Assembly (NCBI RefSeq): GCF_017876815.1
Contig: NZ_JAGIOS010000002.1
Coordinates: forward strand, 480,001 to 512,000
Reading direction: 5' to 3'
Length of the DNA: 32,000 nt
DNA from: Sinorhizobium meliloti
GTDB lineage: Bacteria > Pseudomonadota > Alphaproteobacteria > Rhizobiales > Rhizobiaceae
Shown: in pieces, positions 23,480-32,000 of the stretch
Layout: the number at the start of each line of letters is the position of its first letter
Position numbering within the stretch: position 1 is the first letter of the stretch
Notes under the pieces: model-generated
What the model saw: the letters and a program-made list of their open reading frames with translations, nothing else
Databases searched by the model: none
Told to the model about the DNA's origin: nothing
Made by a program: the position numbers and the translations under genes

Positions 23480-24415
23480 CTATATCGCGGCCTCCCGCCG
23501 CCGATATTTCGTCAGATCCTCTTTGAAAGGCAGGTTGCGGCCGCCATATCCCGTCACCGCCAGCGAGCCGCAGATCACGCCGAGCTCGATCGCGCCGCCG
23601 ATGTCGGGCTCGGTCAGAAGCCCGTGAACGAAGCCGGCGTTGAAACAGTCGCCTGCGCCCGTGGTATCGAAGACCTCGACGGCAAGCGCCGGCACACGGG
23701 TCGTCCGGCCCTTGGAGAAAGCAATCGCTCCATCCGCTCCGCACTTAACCACGACGGTCGGGCAGAAGCGGGCGATCGACGATAGCGCACGCTCCACTTC
23801 CTCCTCGCCCGTCAGCGCCTTCGCTTCCGATGCGTTCGGCAGAAAGACGTCGATCAGTCCCAGCATCTCCTCCATTCCGGGCGTCGAGAGACGATAGTCG
23901 ACATGCTGGCAGTCGGAACATACGGTGATCCCGAGTTCGCGCGCGGCCTCGATCAGCCGCCGTCTTTCAGCGTCGAGCGAGAACCCCTGCAGAAGCAGTA
24001 TGCGCGGCCTGATCCGCGCCAGATCCTCCGGCGTCGGCAAGGGATCCGGCTCTTCGGCATAGCTGATGAAGCCGCGGTCATGCACGAAAGAAAAGGCTGC
24101 ACTCACGCGGCGCAGCGGCCTGTCGAGATGGATGAAGAGGCGATCGTCGATATTCTCGCGGCGGGCTTCCTCGAGGATCATGCGACTGAAGATATCGTTG
24201 CCGAACTGGCACCACCAGCCGGCACTCGTTCCAAGCCGCGCGAATGCCAGCGCCGTCGAATAGGCCGCACCCGGCACCCACTCGAATTCCTCCGCCCAGA
24301 GATCGGCGCTGATCTTCGGCACCTCCGGGAGGCCACGGAAGATCAGGTCGAAGTAGTATTCTCCGACCACCATCACGTCATGGCGCGAACCGGGGCCGGG
24401 GCCGTTCACGACCAT
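23480..24415 (-). CDS. PfkB-family carbohydrate kinase
   Basis: C-terminal DTTGAGDCFNAGFVHG is the PfkB signature 2. ATG 24415 overlaps the GH4 stop by 10 nt. ATG at Met15 is an alternative start. Confidence 0.85.
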   Translation of the reverse strand: MVVNGPGPGSRHDVMVVGEYYFDLIFRGLPEVPKISADLWAEEFEWVPGAAYSTALAFARLGTSAGWWCQFGNDIFSRMILEEARRENIDDRLFIHLDRPLRRVSAAFSFVHDRGFISYAEEPDPLPTPEDLARIRPRILLLQGFSLDAERRRLIEAARELGITVCSDCQHVDYRLSTPGMEEMLGLIDVFLPNASEAKALTGEEEVERALSSIARFCPTVVVKCGADGAIAFSKGRTTRVPALAVEVFDTTGAGDCFNAGFVHGLLTEPDIGGAIELGVICGSLAVTGYGGRNLPFKEDLTKYRRREAAI

Positions 24416-25791
24416 TCCCCTGCGAATTCCGCGTGTGCCGCCAGATATTCATCGACCAGTGGCACGGCGCGCGAATAGGAAAGCACAAGAGGGTGAGCCA
24501 TGAGCGCCTGGACCGCAAGATCGCGGCTGCGTTCCCTGATGGCCCGCACGGCCAGCCGTTCGTAGCGCTTCACATTGTGGACGATCTGCGACTGCGCTTC
24601 CGGCATCGCACCGATCTTCAGCGGCCGGATACCTTCCCCATCGACCACGCAGCTCACCTCGACGACATCGTCGTCCCGCAAGCCTTCGATGGCGCCTTCG
24701 TTGCGCACGTTGAGACCGGTGTAGCAGGGTTTGCCAGTCTCAAGCGCATCGACCAGATTGAGCGCGACGCCGGCATAGCCCTCGCCCTCCTCTCCCGTCT
24801 GCGCGGCGGCAAGGCCTTCGACCAGCCGGTCGGCCTCTTCCATGCTGGGGGCGTCCGTCAGCGCATAATGCATATAGGTGGCGTTGCGACGCCGCTCGTA
24901 GGCGTAATAGGCGGCGAGCGCCGCCTCCGCGTCGGCATTCAAATCCATCGCGCTAAGCCGGGTGATCAGCGCTGCGTTCAGGTCCTTGACCTCCTCGCCG
25001 CGCGTGCGCGCATCGGCCTTGAGCGCTTCGACCGCCTTCTCCGCATAATAGTAATAGTAGAGATATTCGTTGATCCAGTTGCGCTGGCTTCTGATGAGGC
25101 TCGCATCGAACATGCGCTGCGAGGTGGAGCGAAGAAAGCCGTCGTCATCGAGCAGAGGCTGAAGGACTTCCTTGCCATCAATCGTCGCGCGCCTTGTAAA
25201 GGACAGATGATTGAGCCCATAGACCTCGCAGCGCACGTCGTTCTGCTGCACCTTGTGCCAGTGCGCCAGCGCCTCCTGCGCACCGTTCGCCCCATCACAG
25301 ATGCCGACGGTGCGATGATAGCCTTCGTTCTGCAGGGCCTGAGTCACGAGTCCCGCCGGATTGGTGAAGTTGAACAGCCACGCATCGGGACTGACCTTCT
25401 TCAGGATCTCGGCATATTTCAGGATGACCGGAATGCTGCGAAGCGCCATGGCAAAGCCGCCCGGACCGGTGGTTTCCTGACCAAGCACCCCATGGGCAAG
25501 CGCAATGCGCTCGTCCTTGATACGCCCATCCTCGTTGCCGGGGCGAACCGTCGTCACGACATAGCACGCGCCGTCGAGCGCGCGTTCGGCGTCCGCCGCC
25601 ATGCTGATCCGGACCGGGGACTGCATGCGCCGCGCCAGTTCCTGGCTTATACGCCCGAAAAGCCCGAGTTTGCGCTCGTTGATGTCCTGCAGGCAGATCT
25701 CGGTCAGGCCGCTTCTCTCCGCGCGCCTGAGCGCCGAACCGACAAAAAGGGGTGCCCGGACTCCGCCGCCGCCGATCAAGGTCAGTTTCAT
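24406..25791 (-). CDS. Glycoside hydrolase family 4 enzyme (6-phospho-glucosidase type, NAD/Mn dependent)
   Basis: N-terminal Rossmann MKLTLIGGGGVRAPLF, then NFTNPAGLVTQAL, VGICDGANG and GLNHLSF are GH4 hallmarks. GGAG precedes ATG 25791. Confidence 0.85.
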   Translation of the reverse strand: MKLTLIGGGGVRAPLFVGSALRRAERSGLTEICLQDINERKLGLFGRISQELARRMQSPVRISMAADAERALDGACYVVTTVRPGNEDGRIKDERIALAHGVLGQETTGPGGFAMALRSIPVILKYAEILKKVSPDAWLFNFTNPAGLVTQALQNEGYHRTVGICDGANGAQEALAHWHKVQQNDVRCEVYGLNHLSFTRRATIDGKEVLQPLLDDDGFLRSTSQRMFDASLIRSQRNWINEYLYYYYYAEKAVEALKADARTRGEEVKDLNAALITRLSAMDLNADAEAALAAYYAYERRRNATYMHYALTDAPSMEEADRLVEGLAAAQTGEEGEGYAGVALNLVDALETGKPCYTGLNVRNEGAIEGLRDDDVVEVSCVVDGEGIRPLKIGAMPEAQSQIVHNVKRYERLAVRAIRERSRDLAVQALMAHPLVLSYSRAVPLVDEYLAAHAEFAGEWS

Positions 25792-25825
25792 TCTTTACTC
25801 CGCCGTTCCGATCGTGGTATCGCTA

Positions 25826-25839
25826 CTGGATATAGCCAG
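25826..25839. promoter_or_regulatory. Candidate GntR/HutC operator palindrome in the divergent promoter region
   Basis: CTGGATATAGCCAG is self-complementary at 12 of 14 positions. It lies 35 nt upstream of the GH4 start, in the 213-nt gap shared with the GntR gene. Confidence 0.35.
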
Positions 25840-26004
25840 TTATGTCAATTCGAGACCGAGCCGTTTTCCCGGTTTCCACTGCCGATCGCCGGCGTAGTCA
25901 GCGGCGCCTGCCGGCGATCCGAAAAGCGGCTTGGCCCTTGTCTTCGGTCGGGCAGGGTGCAATGCAAAGGAACATCCGGAAACCGGCGGCTGAAACAAGA
26001 GAGC

Positions 26005-26778
26005 ATGGCACGACAAGCAAACCTACCGGACGAAAGCCCGATCGATCGCAACCATCCGGATGCGCTTTACGCACAGCTGCGAAACCTTCTGAGAGGCATG
26101 ATCGAGCGGCGCGAGCTGGCAGTGAACGATAAGCTCCCTTCCGAGCGGGAACTGGTGGCCGCCTATGGCGTCAGCCGCATCACCGTGCGCCAGGCGATCA
26201 AGGAACTCGAAAATCTCGGCTACCTGCAGACGCGGCCCGGAAAGGGCATCTACGTGACCGCGCCCGCCCCGTTTTACGAACTGGAAGTCGTTCGCAGCTT
26301 TACCCAGACGGCCCATGCAAACAATCGCAAGCCCGGCATGCGGCTCCTCAAGGCGGAGATTGTCCGGGCCGAAACGGAGGTCGCAAGACCGCTTTCGCTG
26401 CCGACCGGCGCCGAAGTGGTCTTTTTGGAGAGGCTGCGCCTTCTCGACGATCTACCGGTGGTCGTGCAGCGGGATTGGTTCTCCGCCTCGCTCGCGCCCG
26501 GCATTCTCGACATCGACTGGATGGTCGAGAACAGGTCGCTTTACGGCGAATTCGAGAACCGCTACGGCATCGTACCCACGCGCGGACAATCGACCTTGAG
26601 CGCGAGGCTAGCATCCGACCTCGAGGCGTCCCTGCTCCAACTCGAGCGGCCGGCGGCCGTCCTGACGCTCGATCAGATCGCCTATGACAATCACAACCGT
26701 ACCGTGAATATCAGCGCGGCAGCCTATCATCCGACCCGCTATCCGCTTTCGCTGAGGCAGTCGCACCGGCGCTTCTAG
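26005..26778 (+). CDS. GntR family transcriptional regulator, HutC/UTRA subfamily
   Basis: ATG 26005. wHTH LPSERELVAAYGVSRITVRQAIKELENLGYLQTRPGKGIYV followed by a UTRA-like effector domain. Only the last 257 codons of the 781-aa track ORF are credible. Confidence 0.88.
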   Translation: MARQANLPDESPIDRNHPDALYAQLRNLLRGMIERRELAVNDKLPSERELVAAYGVSRITVRQAIKELENLGYLQTRPGKGIYVTAPAPFYELEVVRSFTQTAHANNRKPGMRLLKAEIVRAETEVARPLSLPTGAEVVFLERLRLLDDLPVVVQRDWFSASLAPGILDIDWMVENRSLYGEFENRYGIVPTRGQSTLSARLASDLEASLLQLERPAAVLTLDQIAYDNHNRTVNISAAAYHPTRYPLSLRQSHRRF

Positions 26779-26877
26779 AGCAGTTCAGAAACGTGTGTAG
26801 CGGTTTTCCTCCGGAAGTGCGTAGTTCAAAGCGTTAGGGAGTTCCGGGAAACGTCTAATACCGCCCTCCCGCCAGCC

Positions 26878-28197
26878 TCAGTCTTCCCGGAAGGCATGCC
26901 GCATCTGGTCGGTAAGGGGCTTGGTCAGATAGGAGATTACCGTCCGGTCGGCGATCTTGATGAACACCTCGGCCGGCATGCCGGGATAGAGCGAAAGGCC
27001 CTTCAGCTTGGCGAGGCTCTCCGCTTTCGGCCGGATGCGCAGCGGGTAGTAGCTGGCGCCGGTGCGCTCGTCGGTGACGAGATCAGGAGCGACGGTCACG
27101 ACTTCGGCTTCGACCTCCGGCGTGGTGCGCTGGTTGAAGGCGCTGAAGCGGATTTCGACCGTCTGGCCGACACGGATCTGGTCGATGTCATGGGTCGCTA
27201 CCTTCGCCTCGACCGTCAAGTCCTCGGCCTCGGGCACGACAAGCATCAGCGTTTCGCCCGGATTGATGACGCCGTTGACCGTATGGGTCGCCAGTTGGTA
27301 AATGCGCCCGGAAAGCGGTGCGGTAATGTCGAGGCGGCGCAGCTGGTCGGTCGCGGCGGTGCGGCGCTCCTCATATTCCGCGATCTTCGCCTCGACGTCC
27401 GTCAGTTCCTTCGATATCTCGCTGCGCCGGTCCTCGTCCAGTTGCAGGATCTGCAGGTCGATCTCGCTCGACTTGCCGCGGGCCTGGGCCCGGGCGGCGA
27501 TGTGCCTGCCGCGTCCACCCTCGAGCTCCGCCCGCTGGCGCTTCAGCGTCGTTACCCGCTGCATCGGCACGAGCCCTTGGCCGAAAAGCGAATCGACCCC
27601 GGTCAGTTCCTCCGCAATCAGCTTCAGCGCCTCCTCGATCGCGTTCAACTGCACCGTGAGCCCCTCGACCTCATCCGCGAGCTGCGCCTTTCTCGAATCG
27701 AGCTGTCCCTTCATGCCCGAGAGCGCCGACCGGCGGCTCGCAAAGAGCCGCTTTTCGCCCTCTATGAGCTTCGCCGCCGCCGTGCCGGGGATGAACTCGG
27801 CAAGATCCTCTTCGATTTCGAAGGATGCGGCGCCGATCCGCTCGGCCTGCAGCCGAGCGCGTCGGGCGTAAAACTGCGCCAGCGTGCTTTCGATGATCGC
27901 CAGATTGGCGCGCACGGTCGTACCGTCCAGACGGATCAGCACCTGGCCCGCCTCGACGCGATCGCCTTCCTTGACCAGGAGTTCGCCGACGATGCCGCCG
28001 GTCAGATGCTGGACTTTCTTGACGTTGTCGTCGACGATCACGACACCGCCGGCGACGATGGCGCTCGACAGCTCCGTCGTCGCGGCCCAGCCGCCGACAC
28101 CGGCGACGAGGGCAAGCGCAAGGACCGAGACGCCGATCAAATGGCGGGAGAGCGACCGGCGTGCAGTCGGCTTCTGCTGCTGGAGCCATCCTTTCAT
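26878..28197 (-). CDS. Type I secretion membrane fusion protein (HlyD family)
   Basis: 439 aa with an N-terminal TM, a long coiled-coil segment and a C-terminal beta-barrel region (ITAPLSGRIYQL..., GMPAEVFIK). ATGA start/stop overlap with the upstream ABC gene. Confidence 0.9.
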   Translation of the reverse strand: MKGWLQQQKPTARRSLSRHLIGVSVLALALVAGVGGWAATTELSSAIVAGGVVIVDDNVKKVQHLTGGIVGELLVKEGDRVEAGQVLIRLDGTTVRANLAIIESTLAQFYARRARLQAERIGAASFEIEEDLAEFIPGTAAAKLIEGEKRLFASRRSALSGMKGQLDSRKAQLADEVEGLTVQLNAIEEALKLIAEELTGVDSLFGQGLVPMQRVTTLKRQRAELEGGRGRHIAARAQARGKSSEIDLQILQLDEDRRSEISKELTDVEAKIAEYEERRTAATDQLRRLDITAPLSGRIYQLATHTVNGVINPGETLMLVVPEAEDLTVEAKVATHDIDQIRVGQTVEIRFSAFNQRTTPEVEAEVVTVAPDLVTDERTGASYYPLRIRPKAESLAKLKGLSLYPGMPAEVFIKIADRTVISYLTKPLTDQMRHAFRED

Positions 28198-29942
28198 TGC
28201 TTCGCCTCCTGCCCCTCTGCAACGACTTTCAAGGCATTCTGTCGCTCCACCTGTTGCGGGCGAAGTACCTGGCCGAGAACTTGCTCCTTCGCCCCGAAGG
28301 CCTGCATGCGGCCCTCGTTCATCATCAGCACGAGATCGACGCTTGCGAGCGCACTCGGCCGATGGGCGACGACGATAACGATGCCGCCGCGGCTGCGCAC
28401 GCTCATGATCGCTTCGCTGAGCGCCTGCTCGCCCTCCGCATCGAGATTGGAATTCGGCTCGTCGAGAACGACGAGGAAGGGATCGCCGTAAAGGGCTCTC
28501 GCCAGAGCCACCCGTTGACGCTGGCCGGCCGACAGCGTCATGCCGCCATCGCCGATCTCGGTGTCATAGCCGTTCGGCAGGCGCAGGATCAGGTCGTTGA
28601 CGCGCGCCGCCTTGGCGGCGGCGACGATCGCCTCCGATGTCGCATCTTCGGCAAAGCGGCAGATGTTCTGCGCGATCGTCCCGGCGAACAGTTCCACGTC
28701 CTGTGGCAGGTATCCGACATGTTTGCCGAGCGCGTCGCTGTCCCACTGGTCGAGCGCCGCGCCGTCGAGCCGAACGGAACCGCGATAGGCGGGCCAGATG
28801 CCGAGGATGGCGCGCGCCAAGGACGATTTTCCCGAGGCACTCGGGCCGATGACGCCGACGGCGCCGCCTGCACGGACGGTGAAGTTCACATCAGAGACGA
28901 TGAGGCGCTGTGCCGCGGGCGGACCGCTTGCCAGCCCCTCGACCGTAAGGCGTTCGCGCGGGTCCGGAAGCTGGAGCGGCGCATCGGCCTCAGGCAGGGC
29001 TTTGAGCAATTCCTTGAGACGCTGCCAGCTCTGACGCGCGGCGACAAGACCGCGCCAGTTGCCGATCGCAAGTTCCACGGGTGCAAGAGCCCGGGCCGTG
29101 AGGATCGAGCCGGCGATGATGATGCCGGGCGAAGCCTCGCCCCGGATCACCAGAACGGCGCCGGCCGCCAGAACGCCGGATTGCAGCGCCATGCGGAAGA
29201 CCTTCGACAACGCGCCGTAGCCGTTGCCGATGTCGGACGTCCGCCGGTTCTCGTCGCGGAACTCCGTATTGCGCCGCTCCCACAGCGCGGTGAGCCGCGC
29301 GGACATGCCCATGGCATGCACTACTTCGGCATTGCGCTGGGAGGCCTGAGCGAAGACGTTGCGCAGCCCTCCGGCTTCGGACGCTTTCTTGGCAGGCGCC
29401 TGCGTGCCGCGGTTGGTGAGATAGGTGAGCAACGTCAGGATCAACCCGCCGATGATCGCGATCAATCCGATGACCGGGTGAAAGAGAAAACAAATCGCGA
29501 TGTAGAAAGGTAGCCAGGGCAGGTCGAAGAGCGCCGCCGGGCCGACACCCGACAGGAACGACCGGACCTGATCGAAGTCGCGCAGCGCCTGGAGGCCGTC
29601 TCCCTGCATTCTGAGCTTCAACGGCGCCTTTACCATGGCGCGGTAAATGCGTCCGTTCAGGCTCTCGTCGAGCGCGCCGGCGATGCGCACCAGCATCCGC
29701 CCGCGGATGAGCTCGAAGGCTCCCTGAAAGGCATAAAGCAGCAACGCGAGAAGAGAGAGCGCAATCAACGATGGAATGCTGCGGCTCGGCAGGATCCGAT
29801 CGTAGACTTCGAGCATGAAGAACGAACCGGTGAGATAGAGAAGATTGACGAGCGCGCTGGCGACACCGACGCCGATAAAGGCCGCCCGGCAATCGCGAAG
29901 CGCGGCGGCTGGATCGGCATTCCTGCCCTTGGATGTAGCCAT
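28194..29942 (-). CDS. Type I secretion system permease/ATPase (PrtD/HasD type, no C39 peptidase domain)
   Basis: ATG 29942 (MATSKGRN...); the track GTG 29954 is an alternative start. A 6-TM domain is followed by Walker A GPSASGKSS, signature LSAGQRQRVALARAL and Walker B VVLDEPNSNLD. Confidence 0.9.
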   Translation of the reverse strand: MATSKGRNADPAAALRDCRAAFIGVGVASALVNLLYLTGSFFMLEVYDRILPSRSIPSLIALSLLALLLYAFQGAFELIRGRMLVRIAGALDESLNGRIYRAMVKAPLKLRMQGDGLQALRDFDQVRSFLSGVGPAALFDLPWLPFYIAICFLFHPVIGLIAIIGGLILTLLTYLTNRGTQAPAKKASEAGGLRNVFAQASQRNAEVVHAMGMSARLTALWERRNTEFRDENRRTSDIGNGYGALSKVFRMALQSGVLAAGAVLVIRGEASPGIIIAGSILTARALAPVELAIGNWRGLVAARQSWQRLKELLKALPEADAPLQLPDPRERLTVEGLASGPPAAQRLIVSDVNFTVRAGGAVGVIGPSASGKSSLARAILGIWPAYRGSVRLDGAALDQWDSDALGKHVGYLPQDVELFAGTIAQNICRFAEDATSEAIVAAAKAARVNDLILRLPNGYDTEIGDGGMTLSAGQRQRVALARALYGDPFLVVLDEPNSNLDAEGEQALSEAIMSVRSRGGIVIVVAHRPSALASVDLVLMMNEGRMQAFGAKEQVLGQVLRPQQVERQNALKVVAEGQEAKQ

Positions 29943-30198
29943 GAACTCAGGCACCGGCTGATATCTCGCTATCGGGTTTCAGGTACATACGGCCCTTCTC
30001 TCTTGCTGCGCCGCCGAACACCGGAGATCGGCCATCCGCATCGACGCTTTTTGTCGCACTGTCTGGATCGTGCCGGCTCATACTTCGAAAGCTCGCAAGG
30101 AAAAGTTGTTCCCCGAAATACAATGATGTACGCCAAACTTGCTTAATTGACTACCGATCAATGCGAATCCCGCGCTTTGCCGCCGGCAGTCGGCGCCA

Positions 30199-30543
30199 TC
30201 ACTCCATCGAAGCAGCGGCCTCGGCCAGAGGGGTGGACTCGGTCGGAGGCGCAGGCTCGTCGGCCGCTGCCAGAGGGCTTCCCTCGATGCTGCCGCCCCT
30301 TCCCCATGTCCCGGCAAGGCTCATCAGTTCCTCCATTTCCCGCCGGAGCCGATGCCATGCCAGGATGTCGTCCGCGTGCGTCGCATTGGTGCGCGGATCA
30401 TAGAAGTGGTCTATCTCGTCGCCGGCGCTCCTGCGGGCGGCCTCGAGGCGCCCCTTCAAGGCGCCCGACTCCTCTTTCAGCAAAAAATACCGCCGCATTA
30501 CCGCAATCAGGGCAAGATCGTTCCGACTGGCGTTCACAAGCAT
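30199..30543 (-). CDS. 114-aa hypothetical protein with an acidic Ala/Pro-rich C-terminus
   Basis: Internal ATG 30543 (MLVNASRNDLALIAVMRRYFLLKEE...) has GGAGGA 5 nt upstream. No family recognised. Confidence 0.5.
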   Translation of the reverse strand: MLVNASRNDLALIAVMRRYFLLKEESGALKGRLEAARRSAGDEIDHFYDPRTNATHADDILAWHRLRREMEELMSLAGTWGRGGSIEGSPLAAADEPAPPTESTPLAEAAASME

Positions 30544-30664
30544 TCCTCCGCATAATTTCTTCTGCCCAACGGCGCAGGGGCTCGCGGCCGGCAGGGCCGG
30601 CCCCAATTGCCCAAGACTTTGGCACTTTTCCGGCAAGACAGGAGAAAATGCGACGCACGAAGAA

Positions 30665-30697
30665 GAACGACCCGGCGGAATTTCCGCCGGGTCGTTC
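30665..30697 (-). terminator. Intrinsic terminator downstream of the DUF475/TerC-like gene
   Basis: GAACGACCCGGCGGAA-t-TTCCGCCGGGTCGTTC (33-nt perfect palindrome, 16-bp arms). On the minus strand it is followed by TTCTTCGTG, 53 nt after the stop at 30750. Confidence 0.7.
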
Positions 30698-30749
30698 CTT
30701 GTCCTGATGAGACCTTTCGGCCGGATGGGTCCGGTGACCAGGGCTTGGC

Positions 30750-31847
30750 TCAGGCCTCGACGCGCCTGCGCCCGCGCGTGTCGTCCTCCACCTGCTCCAT
30801 TTCCCGCCTGTTGTGCCGGATCGAAGACCAGAGCGAAAGACCTATGAGGCCTGCCCCGCCGAGGCCGGTAATGACTTCGGGAATGTGGATCAGCGTTTGG
30901 AAGTACATGACCACGGAAAGGATCAGGATAGCGTAGAAGGCGCCGTGCTCCAGGTAGCGGTATTCACTGAGCGTGCCCTTCTCGACCAGCATGATCGTCA
31001 TGGAGCGGACATACATCGCCCCGATGCCGAGTCCGATGGCGATGATGAAAAGGTTCTGGGTCAAAGCGAAAGCGCCGATGACCCCGTCGAAGGAGAAGCT
31101 GGCGTCGAGCACTTCCAGATAAAGGAAGGCCCCGAAGCCCCCCTTCGCCGCAGCGCTCATCGTCTGCTGCGAGGCGTCGAGCAGACCGCCGACCACCTCG
31201 ACCGCCAGGAAGGTGAGGAGGCCGTAAACGCAGGCATGAACGAAGATCACGGCTTCTTCCGCTTCGAGCAGCCTCGAAAAGCCGAGTATGAGCGCAAGCA
31301 CGAAGGCAATCTCGACGCCCTTGATGGTCGCAAAGCGTGCCATCCGGCTCTCCAGCCATGCGATCCAGTGCACGTCCTTCTCATGATCGAAGAAGTAGGT
31401 GAGACCGACCATCATCAGGAACGTGCCGCCGAATGCGGCGATCGGCAGATGCGCCTCGTGCATGATCCGGGAATATTCCTCGGGCCGGGCCGCGGCGAGA
31501 ATCACGGCATCGATCGGACCGATACCCGCGGCGATGACCACGATCAGCAGCGGAAAGACGATGCGCATGCCGAAAACGGCGATGAGGATGCCCCAGGTCA
31601 GGAAGCGTTGCTGCCAGACGGGAGTCATGTCCTTGAGCTTGTTGGCATTGACGATGGCGTTGTCGAAGGACAACGAGATTTCCAGAACGGCAAGGACGGT
31701 GCAGATGAAGAACACCGTCATCATTCCGCCGATGGTGCCGGTCGACTGCCAGCCGAGCCACCCGCCAAGCAGAAGCCCGGCAGCCGTAACGATGAACGCC
31801 CATTTGAAATAACCGAGGGCGGTTGTCTGTGCGCTGGATCCAGTCAT
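30750..31847 (-). CDS. DUF475 / TerC-family integral membrane protein
   Basis: ATG 31847 is preceded by GGAGG. The duplicated motif LEISLSFDNAIVNA ... LEVLDASFSFDGVIGAFA is typical of DUF475/TerC-like proteins. Multiple TM segments. Confidence 0.8.
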   Translation of the reverse strand: MTGSSAQTTALGYFKWAFIVTAAGLLLGGWLGWQSTGTIGGMMTVFFICTVLAVLEISLSFDNAIVNANKLKDMTPVWQQRFLTWGILIAVFGMRIVFPLLIVVIAAGIGPIDAVILAAARPEEYSRIMHEAHLPIAAFGGTFLMMVGLTYFFDHEKDVHWIAWLESRMARFATIKGVEIAFVLALILGFSRLLEAEEAVIFVHACVYGLLTFLAVEVVGGLLDASQQTMSAAAKGGFGAFLYLEVLDASFSFDGVIGAFALTQNLFIIAIGLGIGAMYVRSMTIMLVEKGTLSEYRYLEHGAFYAILILSVVMYFQTLIHIPEVITGLGGAGLIGLSLWSSIRHNRREMEQVEDDTRGRRRVEA

Positions 31848-31906
31848 GGGCGAACCTCCCCTCCACGCGCTGTGGTAGCGTTGGCGAAAGGGAGATTTCC
31901 GGAGAC

Positions 31907-31938
31907 AAAAAAACGCACGGCCGTATGGGCACATGCGT
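31907..31938 (-). terminator. Modest hairpin followed by a U7 run on the minus strand. Likely terminator of a gene lying beyond the window end
   Basis: The minus strand reads ACGCA..GCC-loop-GGC..TGCGT followed by TTTTTTT (forward A-run 31907-31913). It lies about 60 nt upstream of ATG 31847. Confidence 0.4.
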
Positions 31939-32000
31939 GAGGCATGAGATCAGTTTTCATGGTAGCTATATCCGCCGGCGTGACTTGCTGGCGGTACCGA

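Noticed and set aside
24433-26004. First ~524 codons of the 781-aa plus-strand ORF
   Set aside because: This part is antisense to the GH4 gene and crosses the intergenic control region. Only the segment from ATG 26005 (the GntR wHTH) is credible.
26896-29513. Long plus-strand ORFs of 531 aa and 450 aa
   Set aside because: They are antisense to the HlyD and ABC exporter genes, with no family signatures and artefact-type composition.
30088-30112. GGAAC-N16-CTTT on the minus strand upstream of the type I secretion genes
   Set aside because: The -10 is poor. It is mentioned only as context in the secretion finding and is not counted among the nine.
31848-31947. Possible Mn (yybP-ykoY) riboswitch in the leader of the TerC-like gene
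   Set aside because: Only about 60 nt lie between the U-run hairpin and the ATG, and I cannot see the conserved riboswitch core. The hairpin is more simply the terminator of the upstream gene.
31950-32000. Open minus-strand frame at the window edge (...SVPPASHAGGYSYHEN*)
   Set aside because: Only 16 codons are visible. That cannot be distinguished from chance, though the following hairpin is consistent with a gene end.

Overview
GC-rich alphaproteobacterial DNA. Gene content and intergenic palindromic repeats suggest Rhizobiaceae (Sinorhizobium/Ensifer-like), but that is inference. I saw no rRNA, tRNA or CRISPR. All product calls rest on family signatures I recognise in the translations, since no database search was possible.

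Layout:
- 1-3680 (-): operon-like block of a carbamoylase-type M20 amidase (partial), TRAP transporter DctM/Q/P and RidA.
- 3987-16093: small stress-type genes (DUF4168, tail-anchored protein, CBS pair, DUF2934, Pro-rich microprotein, SWFGD/BON hydrophilin, several 58-111 aa proteins) around a divergent core, glgX-topIB (-) and treZ / udgX-like (+).
- 16097-18328: DUF763 gene split by a 933-bp IS5-family element with a TTA target duplication.
- 18621-19058 (-): a 145-aa hypothetical gene.
- 19203-26778: sugar locus with GH4 phospho-glycosidase, PfkB kinase and an ABC importer, plus a divergent GntR/HutC regulator.
- 26878-29942: type I secretion ABC/MFP pair with no visible substrate or outer-membrane component.
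- 30199-30543 (-): a 114-aa hypothetical gene upstream of the secretion pair.
- 30750-31847: DUF475/TerC-like membrane protein.

Main finding: nine correctly oriented matches to the EcfG general-stress sigma promoter (GGAAC-N16/17-nGTT/GATT; three are perfect GGAAC-N16-CGTT) lie 25-95 nt upstream of start codons between 5.8 and 16.1 kb. They mark a general-stress island. Its core pairs glycogen-to-trehalose enzymes with two enzymes that form covalent DNA adducts: topoisomerase IB, overlapping glgX by 8 nt, and a UdgX-type uracil-DNA glycosylase with a KRRMH loop. Many long ORFs in the supplied track are antisense or alternate-frame artefacts of high GC and were rejected.
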